Below are positions 1-9,663 of a stretch of DNA of 64,000 nucleotides, one piece after another; the first letter of the stretch is position 1; each line of letters starts with the position of its first letter. The notes under the pieces were generated by a model, which did not search any database, was not told the origin of the DNA, and was given only the letters and a program-made list of their open reading frames with translations. The translations under genes and the position numbers were made by a program. The stretch covers positions 359,819-423,818 of the forward strand of contig JAOZHO010000037.1 of the NCBI GenBank assembly GCA_026014875.1, given 5' to 3'. Source of the DNA: Candidatus Bathyarchaeota archaeon. Lineage in GTDB: Archaea; Thermoproteota; Bathyarchaeia; TCS64.

Positions 1-1055
1 CTGATGAGGTCCCAGACCTCCACCACAGTGCAGGGTATACCCCTGTGAACAGTCATGTACGACGAGAAGCCTCCGCCTGTCCCCCTACGCTTCACGCTGG
101 ATCGGAACGGGTAGCCGGTCTGCTCCACGAAGACAGAGTTGATGATGCCGAAAAGCCTCTGATCCTGGAGGGAGAGCTCCTCGTACTCCGAGTAGGTGAA
201 TAGGACGCCGCCGTGGGTGTGGTAGTTGACCCCCAGGCAGATGTTGGGGTGGCCCAGGATATACTCCGCTATAGCCCTCGTCTCGGGCTCCGAAAGGGGA
301 TATGGACCGCTGCCCCTGCTGGGATTCTCCGTGCCCCAGTTCCCCGGCCAGTTGCCGCCCATGTTGAGCCCCCACCGGGCGGGGGCCATCTCGATCTCCT
401 CCTCGCCCTCGTAGTTCAGTATCATCCCCTCAGGGTACATCCTGTAAAAGTCGCCCTCCTTGTCCTCGGGCCGCCTCCGGACCATGAGCCGCCTATCCTG
501 TTCCATGGTCTTCCACTCCCCTGCAGGGTCCGGCACCCTCATCTTGACGATGAACCCGTCCCCGTCGACGTCCTCGAGGTGGAGGCCGTGCTGGGACGTC
601 AGCCACTCCTCCTCGCTCAGGGGGTACCATCTCCCTCCCCCCGTCTCGATGTCGGCGCTCAGGACGTAGTACGGCGTGGTGAGTACGAACTCCGCCCCGT
701 CGGGGTCCACCCGGGGCAGGACGTAGAACGTCGCGTTGCCTAAAAGCTCCGTGATTCTCTGGTCCTCCCCGTAGCCCGTCAGCAGATGATGGATGGTCTT
801 GAGGCAGACCATGGATCCCGCGGGCTCCCCGGCGTGGGTGTTCCCGTCGATCCAGACCGCGGGCTTGCCCTCCGGGGGCCCGGTCTCGGAGTCGGTTATC
901 TCCATCACCCAGAGATCCCGGTTCTCGACGCTCTTCCCCACCGACGTTAACTTGGCGAGGGAAGGGTATTCCGAGGCCAGCTCTTTCAGGGTCTCCGTGA
1001 GCTCTTCGTGGAGGTAATAATGATCGAATTTCAATTCTTTCAAAGGATATGCCAC
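1..1055 (-). CDS. M14 family zinc carboxypeptidase, C-terminal part runs off the window start (partial)
   Basis: Minus-strand frame with no stop reaching position 1. Translation contains HxxE zinc site (NTHAGE), NPDG-like (RVDPDGA) and a second His region (NYHTHGG) in M14 order. Track ORFs 493..1107(-) and 213..743(+) are low-complexity wrong-frame artifacts over this gene. Start assigned to GTG at 1055; uncertain. Confidence 0.6.
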   Translation of the reverse strand, partial: MAYPLKELKFDHYYLHEELTETLKELASEYPSLAKLTSVGKSVENRDLWVMEITDSETGPPEGKPAVWIDGNTHAGEPAGSMVCLKTIHHLLTGYGEDQRITELLGNATFYVLPRVDPDGAEFVLTTPYYVLSADIETGGGRWYPLSEEEWLTSQHGLHLEDVDGDGFIVKMRVPDPAGEWKTMEQDRRLMVRRRPEDKEGDFYRMYPEGMILNYEGEEEIEMAPARWGLNMGGNWPGNWGTENPSRGSGPYPLSEPETRAIAEYILGHPNICLGVNYHTHGGVLFTYSEYEELSLQDQRLFGIINSVFVEQTGYPFRSSVKRRGTGGGFSSYMTVHRGIPCTVVEVWDLI

Positions 1056-1208
1056 CTTTCTTCGGGTGCCTATCTGATTCAGAGGTAACTTGGATATAAC
1101 TTTTCAACGCCGCAACCCTGAACGGGGACCGAGGAGCCTATCTGATCGAGGCCTTCCCCAACGAGGAGGACCCGCTTCTCGCAAGTTCTATAAAGAAAAG
1201 ATTAACAT

Positions 1209-2432
1209 ATGCAATCACTTGATGGTGGAAAAATGTCAAGTCAAAACACAACTCTATACGCTGGAATAGTAATCGCGCTCATCATAGGAGCCGCAGTAGG
1301 CTACTTCGTCTACCCCTCAATGAACACCGGCCTGGACCCGAACGACTACGTCGAGAAGAGCACATACAACGCACTTCAATCAGACTACGATGACAGCCAA
1401 GAGGCGTTGATTGGTGCCAAGGCGAGCCTGGGAGGCGCCCTGTCCAAGGCGGCCCTCTCCGATATCGTCCTCAGCCAGATCAAAGTGCTGACGACCGGTA
1501 AGAAGATCGGCCTCATCACCGGCACCGGTGGCCTCGGAGACAAGTCGTTCAACGACATCTCCAACGCCGGAGCCCAGAGAGCCGAGGACGAACTCGGTGT
1601 CGAGTTCGACATCGTCCAGCCCACGGCCATAGCCGAATACGAGGGCTACCAAAGAGACTTTGCGATGTCCGGTGAGTACGAGATCATCATATGCGTCGGC
1701 TTCGACCAAGGAGACGCATTGACGATCGTCGCGGCAGAGTACCCCGACCAGAACTTCGCGATAGTTGACATGGTGGTGGTCGCGCCCAACGTTGCCTCCC
1801 TGACTTTCAGGTCCAACGAGGGGAGCTTCCTCCTCGGAGTCGTGGCCGGTCTGACAACGGAGACTGGGACCATCGGCTTCGTAGGCGGTGTAGACATCCC
1901 CCTCATCAGGGACTTCTACGTCGGCTACAAGGCAGGGGCAGAGTGGGCCAACCCCACAGTCACCGTGGGTGAGCCCGTCTTCGTCGGAGGCTGGGGCGAC
2001 CCCGCCAGCGGCAAGGAACTCGCCCTGGGACTCATCGAGCAAGGCTATGACGGGATCTTCGCGGCAGCCGGCGGAAGCGGCTTAGGGGCCCTCGAGGCGG
2101 CCCACGAGCAGGGCATCACCGGCTACGGCGTCGACGCGTGCCAGGACTATCTCCACGATGAGATCATCGCGAGCATGACCAAGAGGGTCGATAACGCGGT
2201 GTTCCAGATGATACTCGCGGCGACTACAGGCACCTTCCAAGGGGGCTTCTACAGCGGAGGCCTCGCAGAGTCATGGACCGGGATGTGCAGGCTACCCGAG
2301 GAGGAAGCTCTCTGGGAGAGCACCTTCGGGTTCGTCCACGATCCCATCGACGAGGATATCCTCGCCAAGGTGATGGACGCCCGGGACGCGATCATCGCCG
2401 GCGATATCGTGGTGCCCAGCGGGTACGACTAG
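1209..2432 (+). CDS. BMP-family (PnrA/Med-like) ABC transporter substrate-binding lipoprotein
   Basis: N-terminal TM/signal segment, then the typical BMP-family fold sequence (GKKIGLITGTGGLGDKSFND ... VGFDQGDA). Followed by its ATPase and two permeases. Alternative start at M9 (1233). Confidence 0.85.
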   Translation: MQSLDGGKMSSQNTTLYAGIVIALIIGAAVGYFVYPSMNTGLDPNDYVEKSTYNALQSDYDDSQEALIGAKASLGGALSKAALSDIVLSQIKVLTTGKKIGLITGTGGLGDKSFNDISNAGAQRAEDELGVEFDIVQPTAIAEYEGYQRDFAMSGEYEIIICVGFDQGDALTIVAAEYPDQNFAIVDMVVVAPNVASLTFRSNEGSFLLGVVAGLTTETGTIGFVGGVDIPLIRDFYVGYKAGAEWANPTVTVGEPVFVGGWGDPASGKELALGLIEQGYDGIFAAAGGSGLGALEAAHEQGITGYGVDACQDYLHDEIIASMTKRVDNAVFQMILAATTGTFQGGFYSGGLAESWTGMCRLPEEEALWESTFGFVHDPIDEDILAKVMDARDAIIAGDIVVPSGYD

Positions 2433-2471
2433 AAAAACATTATACCTTTTCCCCCCCTTTTTTGTCTATCA

Positions 2472-3986
2472 ATGGCCCCAGCCGTCGAGATGCGTAGCAT
2501 AGTCAAGACCTTCCCGGGAGTCACCGCCAACGACGGCGTCGACTTCTCCGTGGAGAAGGGGGAGATCCACGGCCTCCTCGGAGAGAACGGGGCCGGGAAG
2601 ACGGTCCTCATGAGCATTCTCTACGGCCTCTACCGCCCCGACGCCGGGGAGATCTACATCGACGGGGAGAGAGCCGAGATCGAGAGCCCGGCTGCCGCTA
2701 TGAGCCTCGGCATCGGGATGGTCCACCAGCACTTCATGCTCGTTCCCAGCCTCACCGTCGCCGAGAACGTCGTCCTCGGCCGGGAGCCCACTAGGAAGGG
2801 GCTCATCGACGAGGGGGAGATGCTGGAGCGGGTCCGGGCCAGCTGCGCTGAATTCAGGCTCGACGTAGACATCGAGGCCCCCGTCCACACGTTGAGCGTC
2901 GGGGTCCAGCAGAGGGTGGAGATACTCAAGGCCCTCCACAGGGGAGCCGACATCTTGATCCTCGACGAACCCACGGCGGTTCTCACCCCCCAGGAGGTGG
3001 AGGACCTCTTCATGGCCATACGGGCCTTCACGGACCAGGGGAAGACTGTGATATTCATCAGCCACAAGCTCCGGGAGGTCCTCTCCATCTGCGACAGGAT
3101 CACCGTCCTGAAGCGGGGAAAGGTCGTGGGCACCGTGGAGGCCTCCGAGACCGACATGGGGGAGCTCGCCGAGATGATGGTGGGCAGGAGGGTGGTCTAC
3201 AGCTTCGAGAAGGCAAAGGTAGCGCCCGGGGAGGCGATGCTCACGGTGGAGGGGCTCGAGGCCCTCGACGACAGGGGCGTCCCCACCCTCCGGGGGGTGG
3301 ACCTCGAGGTCAGGGGATCAGAGATCCTTGGGCTCGCCGGGGTCGAGGGGAACGGCCAGACGGAGCTCGTGGAGGCCCTCATGGGGCTCCGGGAGGCGAG
3401 GGAGGGGAGGGTCTCCCTGGGCTCCACGGATATCACCGGGGCGTCCCCGGATGAGAGGATCAGGGCTGGTGTCTCCCATATCCCCGAGGACAGGCACAAG
3501 CGGGGGTTCATCCCCGATTTCAGCGTGACCGATAACCTCATCCTGGGGAGCCATCGGGAGGCGAGGTTCACCCGCTGGGGGTTTGTCATCGACTACGAGG
3601 CGGCCGCGGGCCACGCCCAGGCCCTCGTGGAGGATTATTCCATCGTGACCCCCGGGGTCGGGACCCACGCGGGCAACCTCTCCGGGGGGAACCAGCAGAA
3701 GGTCATCGTGGCCCGGGAGTTCGACAGGAACCCCCGCCTCGTCATCGCCGCTCAGCCCACCCGTGGCCTCGACGTGGGGGCCACGGAGTACGTCCGGAAA
3801 AAGCTTCTGGATATGAGGGACGGGGGGAGCGCAGTCCTCCTCGTCTCTGCGGACCTCGACGAGATCTGGGCCCTCAGCGACAGGATCGCCGTGATCTACG
3901 AGGGGAGGATCGTCGCGGTGAGGGACCCCGCCGAGACCGATGAGACGGAGCTGGGGCTCCTCATGACAGGGGGAAGAAGAGGGTGA
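2472..3986 (+). CDS. ABC transporter ATP-binding protein with two tandem nucleotide-binding domains
   Basis: Walker A GENGAGKT in the first half and a second NBD with LSGGNQQK signature, as in BMP/sugar-type importer ATPases. Confidence 0.9.
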   Translation: MAPAVEMRSIVKTFPGVTANDGVDFSVEKGEIHGLLGENGAGKTVLMSILYGLYRPDAGEIYIDGERAEIESPAAAMSLGIGMVHQHFMLVPSLTVAENVVLGREPTRKGLIDEGEMLERVRASCAEFRLDVDIEAPVHTLSVGVQQRVEILKALHRGADILILDEPTAVLTPQEVEDLFMAIRAFTDQGKTVIFISHKLREVLSICDRITVLKRGKVVGTVEASETDMGELAEMMVGRRVVYSFEKAKVAPGEAMLTVEGLEALDDRGVPTLRGVDLEVRGSEILGLAGVEGNGQTELVEALMGLREAREGRVSLGSTDITGASPDERIRAGVSHIPEDRHKRGFIPDFSVTDNLILGSHREARFTRWGFVIDYEAAAGHAQALVEDYSIVTPGVGTHAGNLSGGNQQKVIVAREFDRNPRLVIAAQPTRGLDVGATEYVRKKLLDMRDGGSAVLLVSADLDEIWALSDRIAVIYEGRIVAVRDPAETDETELGLLMTGGRRG

Positions 3987-5047
3987 AGGCGAGGGAGCTC
4001 CTTTCCCGGGTGGTGTCCCCCGAGACGCTCAGGGACATCATCATCCAGATCATTGCCATCCTGATGGCTTTCCTCGTCGGGGCCGGGGTCCTCCTAGTTA
4101 CGGGGTACAACCCCGTTGACGCTTACGCCGCGATGTTCCGTGGTGCCTTCGGGGACGTCTTCCGGGTGGGGCAGACCCTCACCCAGGCGACGCCCATCCT
4201 CTTCACGGCCCTCGCGTTCCTCTTCAGCTTCAAGAGCGGCCTCTTCAACATCGGGGCCGAGGGCCAGTTCCTCGCGGGGGCCTTCGCCTCGGCCCTCGTG
4301 GGTATCTCGTTCCAGAACCTCCCGGCGCCGCTGCACGTCCTCCTGGCCCTCGCCGCCGGGGCGGTGGCGGGGGGGCTCTGGGGGCTCATCCCCGCGGTGC
4401 TGAAGACCCGGTTCGGGGCCCACGAGGTCATCACCACGATGATGCTGAGCTACGTCGCCCTCTACCTCACCAGCTACATGGTGAACTACCCGTTCAAGGC
4501 CCCCGGGTGGGTCTCCCAGACGGTGATGATCGCCGAGTCGGCGAGGCTCCCCCGGCTCCTCCAGGGGGCCCAGCTCTCCGCCTCCATATTCATCGCCCTC
4601 GCCCTCGTCCTCCTCACCCGTTTCATCCTCAACAGGACCATCCTGGGTTACGAGATCAGGGCCACGGGGCTCAACCCCTCCGCTGCGGAGAACGCGGGCA
4701 TCGATGTCAAACGGGGGATGATCCTCGCCCTGGTGGTGAGCGGGGCTATTGCGGGGCTCGGGGGCTCAGGGGAGATCATGGGGGTCCACAGGCGGTTCAT
4801 CGACGGCTTCAGCCCCGGATACGGCTGGGACGGCCTCGCCGTGGCCCTCGTGGGGGGGCTCAGCCCGGTGGGGTCCCTCCTCGCCGCGATCCTCTTCGGG
4901 GCCCTGAGGAGCGGGGGGATGATCATGACCCGGGTCACAGGGGTGCCCCTGGACATCGTCTTCCTCCTCCAAGCCCTCGTTATACTCTTCGTCGCCGCCC
5001 CGTCCCTCATCAGGGCGATACTCAAGAGAGGGGGTCTGAGATGGTAG
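3983..5047 (+). CDS. ABC transporter permease (BMP-family system, first)
   Basis: Polytopic hydrophobic protein; 4-bp overlap with the upstream ATPase gene. Confidence 0.85.
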   Translation: MKARELLSRVVSPETLRDIIIQIIAILMAFLVGAGVLLVTGYNPVDAYAAMFRGAFGDVFRVGQTLTQATPILFTALAFLFSFKSGLFNIGAEGQFLAGAFASALVGISFQNLPAPLHVLLALAAGAVAGGLWGLIPAVLKTRFGAHEVITTMMLSYVALYLTSYMVNYPFKAPGWVSQTVMIAESARLPRLLQGAQLSASIFIALALVLLTRFILNRTILGYEIRATGLNPSAAENAGIDVKRGMILALVVSGAIAGLGGSGEIMGVHRRFIDGFSPGYGWDGLAVALVGGLSPVGSLLAAILFGALRSGGMIMTRVTGVPLDIVFLLQALVILFVAAPSLIRAILKRGGLRW

Positions 5048-5967
5048 GCCTCGTCGATGTCATCAGCGTAGGCCTCTTCGCCGCCGCCCTCAGGATGGCG
5101 ACTCCCATCGTCTACGCTGCCCTGGGGGGCATCTTCTCGGAGCGGGTGGGTATCATCAACATCGGGCTCGAGGGGACGATGCTCGCATCCGCCTTCGCCG
5201 GGGTCACGGCGTCCTACTACACCGGGAACCCGTGGCTCGGGGTCGTGGTGGCGGTCCTGGTGGGGGGGCTCATCGGGTTACTCCACGCCATCCTCACGGT
5301 GAAGTTCGTCGGGAACCAGATCGTGAGCGGCACCGGGATAAACATATTCGCGATGGGCTTCACAGCCTACATGAGCCAGATCATCTGGGGGAGCCGGGGT
5401 GCCAGCGAGGGGGTCCGGGGCCTCGGGACATGGAACATTCCCTTCATCGCGGACCTCCCCGTGGTGGGGCCCATCATCGGCTCCCACTCCCCCCTCGTCT
5501 ATCTGATGCTCGTCGTCACCGTCCTCAGCTACGTGGTCCTATTCAGGACCCCCCTGGGGCTCAGGATCAGGGCCGTGGGGGAGCACCCCACCGCCGCGGA
5601 GACGGCGGGGATCGACGTCCTCCGGGTCAAGTACCTCTGCGTCATTCTGAGCGGGATGCTCGCGGGGCTCGGAGGGGCCTTCCTGAGCCTGGGCCACCTC
5701 AACCTCTTCACCCGGGGGATGACCGGAGGCCGGGGGTTCATCGCGATGGCGGCGATGATCTTCGGGAAGTGGATGCCCTTCGGGGCCTTCGGCGCGAGCC
5801 TCCTGTTCGGCTTGGCGGACGCCCTCCAGATGAGGCTGCAGAGCCTCGGGCTGCTCCCGCCCCAGATCATCCTCACGATACCCTACCTGCTAACGGTGGC
5901 GGTGCTCGCCGGGGTCGTGGGGAAGGCGCGGCCCCCCAGCGACTACAAGCCCTACAAGAGGGAGTGA
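5041..5967 (+). CDS. ABC transporter permease (second)
   Basis: Track ORF 4507..5967 has a Pro/Arg/Gly-rich N-terminal extension that overlaps the first permease. The real start is ATG 5041 (MVGLVDVISVGLFAAAL...), 7-bp overlap with the upstream stop. Confidence 0.8.
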   Translation: MVGLVDVISVGLFAAALRMATPIVYAALGGIFSERVGIINIGLEGTMLASAFAGVTASYYTGNPWLGVVVAVLVGGLIGLLHAILTVKFVGNQIVSGTGINIFAMGFTAYMSQIIWGSRGASEGVRGLGTWNIPFIADLPVVGPIIGSHSPLVYLMLVVTVLSYVVLFRTPLGLRIRAVGEHPTAAETAGIDVLRVKYLCVILSGMLAGLGGAFLSLGHLNLFTRGMTGGRGFIAMAAMIFGKWMPFGAFGASLLFGLADALQMRLQSLGLLPPQIILTIPYLLTVAVLAGVVGKARPPSDYKPYKRE

Positions 5968-6726
5968 CTAGGCGCCTTCGAGGATCTGGCAGGCCCGGAT
6001 GGCTACACGGATCTCGTCGTCTATCGAGCTCTGAACCCTCTCGGCGAGCTCCCCGGTCTTCTCGCCGGGCTCGAACTCCCCCTTCCCGGTGCCCTCGGCG
6101 AGGTTCCCGTCCACCACCATGATGGCCCCGGCTCGCTTCCCCCTGAGGGCGGCGAGGGTGAAGATGGTGCTCGCCTCCATCTCGATGGAGAGGACGTTCG
6201 CGGCCCCGTACTTTTTCAGGGCCTCCTCGTTGCCCCCGTAGTAGGCGTCCGTGGACAACACGATCCCCGGGTGAACCTCGACCCCGAGCTCCCGGGCCGC
6301 ATCTAGAAGAGCCAATGTGACGTCGAGGCTCGCAGCCGCAGGATACTCCACAGGAACATAACTCCTGCTGGTGCCCTCCCCCCGGACCGCGGCGGTGGCC
6401 ACCACGATGTCCCCGCTGTCGAGGCCCGGCTGGAGGCTCCCCGTGGTGCCCACCCGGATGAAGGTCTCGACCCCGATCCTCATGAGCTCCTCGACCACGA
6501 TGGCCGCAGAGGGGCAGCCGATCCCCGTGGAGCAGGAGCTGACGCCGACTCCCCCCGCCTCCCCGGTGTAGGTCACGTAGCCCCTGTAATCCGCGACCTT
6601 CCGGGCCTCGTCAAAGTGGGAGGCGATCCTCTCGACCCTCCGGGGATCCCCCGGGAGGAGGGCGTACCTCGCGACGTCTCCGACGCCGCACATGATGTGG
6701 GGCTGCAGCCGTTTCTCTGGGGCCAT
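5968..6726 (-). CDS. purine/uridine nucleoside phosphorylase (PNP_UDP_1 family)
   Basis: Motifs GDPRRVERIA ... VSSCSTGIGCPSAAIVVEEL ... IRVGTTGSL typical of DeoD/Udp-type phosphorylases. Fits the nucleoside transporter next to it. Confidence 0.8.
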   Translation of the reverse strand: MAPEKRLQPHIMCGVGDVARYALLPGDPRRVERIASHFDEARKVADYRGYVTYTGEAGGVGVSSCSTGIGCPSAAIVVEELMRIGVETFIRVGTTGSLQPGLDSGDIVVATAAVRGEGTSRSYVPVEYPAAASLDVTLALLDAARELGVEVHPGIVLSTDAYYGGNEEALKKYGAANVLSIEMEASTIFTLAALRGKRAGAIMVVDGNLAEGTGKGEFEPGEKTGELAERVQSSIDDEIRVAIRACQILEGA

Positions 6727-6792
6727 GGAGTCTCAAGAAGGAGTTAAGCGAGAAGCCTTTAAGTTTTAAGCAGAGTCCGCCAGGCCACATTT

Positions 6793-7185
6793 TCATTCGG
6801 GGAGGCTCGGCTCCCAGGGGCCCTCCACGAACTCCGACTCGCCGAAGCCCGGCCACCGGGGCATCGTGACGCAGAGGAACCTCAGCGCCCCTGAGCCGGT
6901 GTTTCGGAACTGGAAGCTGGTGTGCACGGGGATCGTGACGGAGACCCCCTGTTCGACTCTGACTGTCTCCTCCTGGTCCTCGAGCCTCCTCCAGAGCTCC
7001 CCCTCTCCCTCGATGAACCACCAGATCTCGGACACGGTCCCGTGCCTGGCGGCCCTGGAGACCCAGGCCTCGGGGAGGGTGCAGTGGGCGATGCCCCCCT
7101 CCTCGTACTCATGGAGGGGCCGGATGAGGGATCCATCGGGGGCCCTCTCGTATGCCTCAGGGAGATCCATGGTTTTGAAGATCAT
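6793..7185 (-). CDS. cupin domain protein
   Basis: Small beta-barrel protein of about 125 aa with a cupin-like G-x-H-x-H...E pattern; function unknown. Confidence 0.55.
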   Translation of the reverse strand: MIFKTMDLPEAYERAPDGSLIRPLHEYEEGGIAHCTLPEAWVSRAARHGTVSEIWWFIEGEGELWRRLEDQEETVRVEQGVSVTIPVHTSFQFRNTGSGALRFLCVTMPRWPGFGESEFVEGPWEPSLPE

Positions 7186-7376
7186 TCTTCACCACGGTGA
7201 GACCGTTGGTATGTGGTCAGATAAAACTACGCTTCAGCACTAGCGATGTCTGCGAAGCTGCCCCGACTCGGCTAATTCAAGGTTTCCATGGGAGAAACGA
7301 GCGTGCCAGCCTAGGGATTACCGTTGACGAAATGTTAAGTATCGGTTCACCCCTAACCTGATCGGGAGGACGGTTT

Positions 7377-7604
7377 TTGGCGACAGCGTTTGTCCTCATC
7401 AACGCCGAGATCGGCGCCGAGGCGGAGGTTCTCAGAGAACTCAAGCCCATCCCCGAGGTCAGGGAAGCCCATCTAGTCTACGGAGTCTACGACATCATCG
7501 CGATCGTCGATACATCGACGCTGCAGGAGCTCAAGGATACCATCGGCTTCAAGATCAGGCGCCTAGACAAGGTCCACAGCACCCTGACGATGATCGTCGT
7601 CTGA
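7377..7604 (+). CDS. stand-alone Lrp/AsnC C-terminal (RAM/ACT-like) domain protein
   Basis: 75 aa; LINAEIG...VYGVYDIIAIVDT matches the ligand-binding RAM domain of Lrp/AsnC regulators with no HTH. TTG start. Confidence 0.65.
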   Translation: MATAFVLINAEIGAEAEVLRELKPIPEVREAHLVYGVYDIIAIVDTSTLQELKDTIGFKIRRLDKVHSTLTMIVV

Positions 7605-7642
7605 TGAGAAGAGCGGTTATTTCCCGCGTGGAACAGCGGGGG

Positions 7643-8380
7643 TCAGTGATGGGGCCCATGGGGATGAGCCTCAACCAGATCCACCTTCACGTCTAGGACC
7701 TCCACGTAGATCTTCGCGGCCATTGCCCGTTCAACGCTCGTGGTCTCCCCTGCAACCTTCACCGCTAGGGGGCCCTCGAAGGGTTCGGCCGCCGTGACCT
7801 CGACCTTGTCTCCCTTGGATATGCCTAGCTCCTTGAGGGGGTCATCCATGTCGATGATGAGGCTCACGACTCCTTTCTCACCCGGCTGGAGGTGGGATAA
7901 TTCGGTGATGAGCTTGGCTTCGCTCCCCTCCCTGACGACGGCGCAATCTTTGCAGTCAGATACGGCAAGGGAGCACCGGGGTATGGGTTTCTCGTCGTCG
8001 GGGCAGGTCTCGGGGTTGTCCAGGGCGTCGCAGAGGGCGTGGGCCGCCTCGTCGGAGAGGCTGTGCTCCATCCTGCAGGCCTCGTCGTGGACTTTACCCA
8101 TGTCCATCCCCAGGTAGTCGTATAGGAACCGCTCCAGGAGCCTGTGTTTCCGGACCACCCTCTGGGCGAGGGCCATGCCCCTCCCTGTGAGGATCGTTCC
8201 CCTGTAGGGTACGTATTGGACGTAGCCCCGGTCCGCGAGCTTCTTCACCATCTGGGTGACGCTGGGGGGCGCCACCTTGAGCCTCTTGGCTAGCTCGGTG
8301 TTCTTGGCTCGCTCTCCCCTCTCGTTGAAGGAGTGGATCGCCTCGAGGTATTCCTCGACGCTGTCGCTGCCCAGAACCAT
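7643..8380 (-). CDS. DtxR/MntR-family metal-dependent transcriptional regulator with C-terminal FeoA (SH3-like) domain
   Basis: wHTH (TELAKRLKVAPPSVTQMVKKL), metal-site residues (HDEACRMEH) and C-terminal FeoA-like region. Unusual Cys-rich linker (CDALDNPETCPDDEKPIPRCSLAVSDCKDC) and His-rich tail (HPHGPHH). Confidence 0.8.
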   Translation of the reverse strand: MVLGSDSVEEYLEAIHSFNERGERAKNTELAKRLKVAPPSVTQMVKKLADRGYVQYVPYRGTILTGRGMALAQRVVRKHRLLERFLYDYLGMDMGKVHDEACRMEHSLSDEAAHALCDALDNPETCPDDEKPIPRCSLAVSDCKDCAVVREGSEAKLITELSHLQPGEKGVVSLIIDMDDPLKELGISKGDKVEVTAAEPFEGPLAVKVAGETTSVERAMAAKIYVEVLDVKVDLVEAHPHGPHH

Positions 8381-8486
8381 CAGAGGTTCAAGGGGTCTAA
8401 AATAGTTAAACCTTGGCGTGAAGACGACCCATTAGGAAACAAAAGAAAATATTGACATAAAGTAAAGGAAAAGAGGCCCCGCCTAT

Positions 8487-9527
8487 CTACGCGAGGCTGT
8501 AGGAGAGCCGAGGCGTCTCGGGGTAGCCCCCCTCGGTCCTCAGGTCGATCTTCTCATTGAGGAAGCCTGCCGCCACCAGCTTGTCCATGAAGCCGAAGTA
8601 CTCGTTCACGTGCCTGAAGCCCTGACGGTACTCCTTCCTGAAGCTCTCCGGGGAGACCCCGAACACTTCAGCCCATCCATCGGGCCTGAGGATGTCGGAT
8701 AGCCTGTTGACGTCGACCTCCACCTCCTTCTTCACGGTCCTGAGAATGACGTCCGCGGCTCTCCCCTCGTCCATCTTCCAGCCGTATAGCCTCCGGCCCG
8801 GGTCCATAGTGGTGATCTCCACCTTCCCCCGGGTCAGCTTCAGTACGCTGTTCCTAGGGGGCTCGAAGATCCGGTCCATCTCGTGGCGTATGTCGTGGAA
8901 GCCAATGGGGGCGCTGCAGAACATCGCCTCGTCATCCCCCACCGCGACGACGCAAGGCTGAAACCAGTTCGCTATCCAGACCGTCTCGGGCTCGTCGGGG
9001 GTGATAGCGGCGAGGAGGAAGCCCCCGGTGAGCTGAGGTGTGACCTCCCTGAAGGCCTCCACCATGGTCCTGCCCTCGGCCAGGGCGTCGCTGATCATGT
9101 GGACGGCGATCTCGCTGTCGGTGATGGCGTCGATCTCCTTCACGTGGGATTTGAAGGGGTGGATCGCCCTGAGCCGTTCCCAGTGCTCCCTGTAGTTGTA
9201 GATGGTGCCGTTGTGCATCAGCGCAAGGCTCCCATCGTCGTTGAAGAAGGGGTGAGCCATCTCCGGGGCGTTGTACTTCGGGTCGTCCCGGGCCCTCGCG
9301 TTGTACCTGCTGTGGGCGATCCCCGCGGTCCCTTCCAGTGATCCTATATCCGTGGCGTGCCTCACCCTCGCGACGGGCCCCGAGTCCTTCACCACCCTCA
9401 GGACGCCCTCGTCGATGACCCCGAGCCCCGTGGCGTGGCCCGCGAAGAGGGGCTCCTGAAGCTCCAGGGACCTGAGCAGGAGGGGGGCGATGGGCCTGTC
9501 CCCCACGTACGCAGCTAGTTGACACAT
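8487..9527 (-). CDS. class II (Ntn-hydrolase) glutamine amidotransferase domain protein with uncharacterised C-terminal extension
   Basis: Begins MCQLAAYVG with the Cys2 nucleophile right after the initiator Met, as in GATase class II. No synthetase partner domain is attached or adjacent. Confidence 0.7.
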   Translation of the reverse strand: MCQLAAYVGDRPIAPLLLRSLELQEPLFAGHATGLGVIDEGVLRVVKDSGPVARVRHATDIGSLEGTAGIAHSRYNARARDDPKYNAPEMAHPFFNDDGSLALMHNGTIYNYREHWERLRAIHPFKSHVKEIDAITDSEIAVHMISDALAEGRTMVEAFREVTPQLTGGFLLAAITPDEPETVWIANWFQPCVVAVGDDEAMFCSAPIGFHDIRHEMDRIFEPPRNSVLKLTRGKVEITTMDPGRRLYGWKMDEGRAADVILRTVKKEVEVDVNRLSDILRPDGWAEVFGVSPESFRKEYRQGFRHVNEYFGFMDKLVAAGFLNEKIDLRTEGGYPETPRLSYSLA

Positions 9528-9663
9528 CTTGATTCACTCTCATTAGATGGTGCTCCTGAAAAAGGTTTCAATTGAGGCCGCTGAGCCCATCCACCGATAG
9601 CGAGGGATGTATCCTCGCCTCGATGAGGGTCTGGCAACGCGCGTATGCAAATCGTAGCGATGC

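Noticed and set aside
213-1107. Track ORFs 213..743(+), 226..414(+) and 493..1107(-) with Pro/Arg/Gly-rich translations
   Set aside because: Low-complexity translations typical of wrong frames in high-GC DNA. The minus-strand frame running to position 1 gives a coherent M14 carboxypeptidase instead.
4507-5040. N-terminal 178 codons of track ORF 4507..5967
   Set aside because: Arg/Pro/Gly-rich nonsense overlapping the first permease in another frame. The permease proper starts at ATG 5041.
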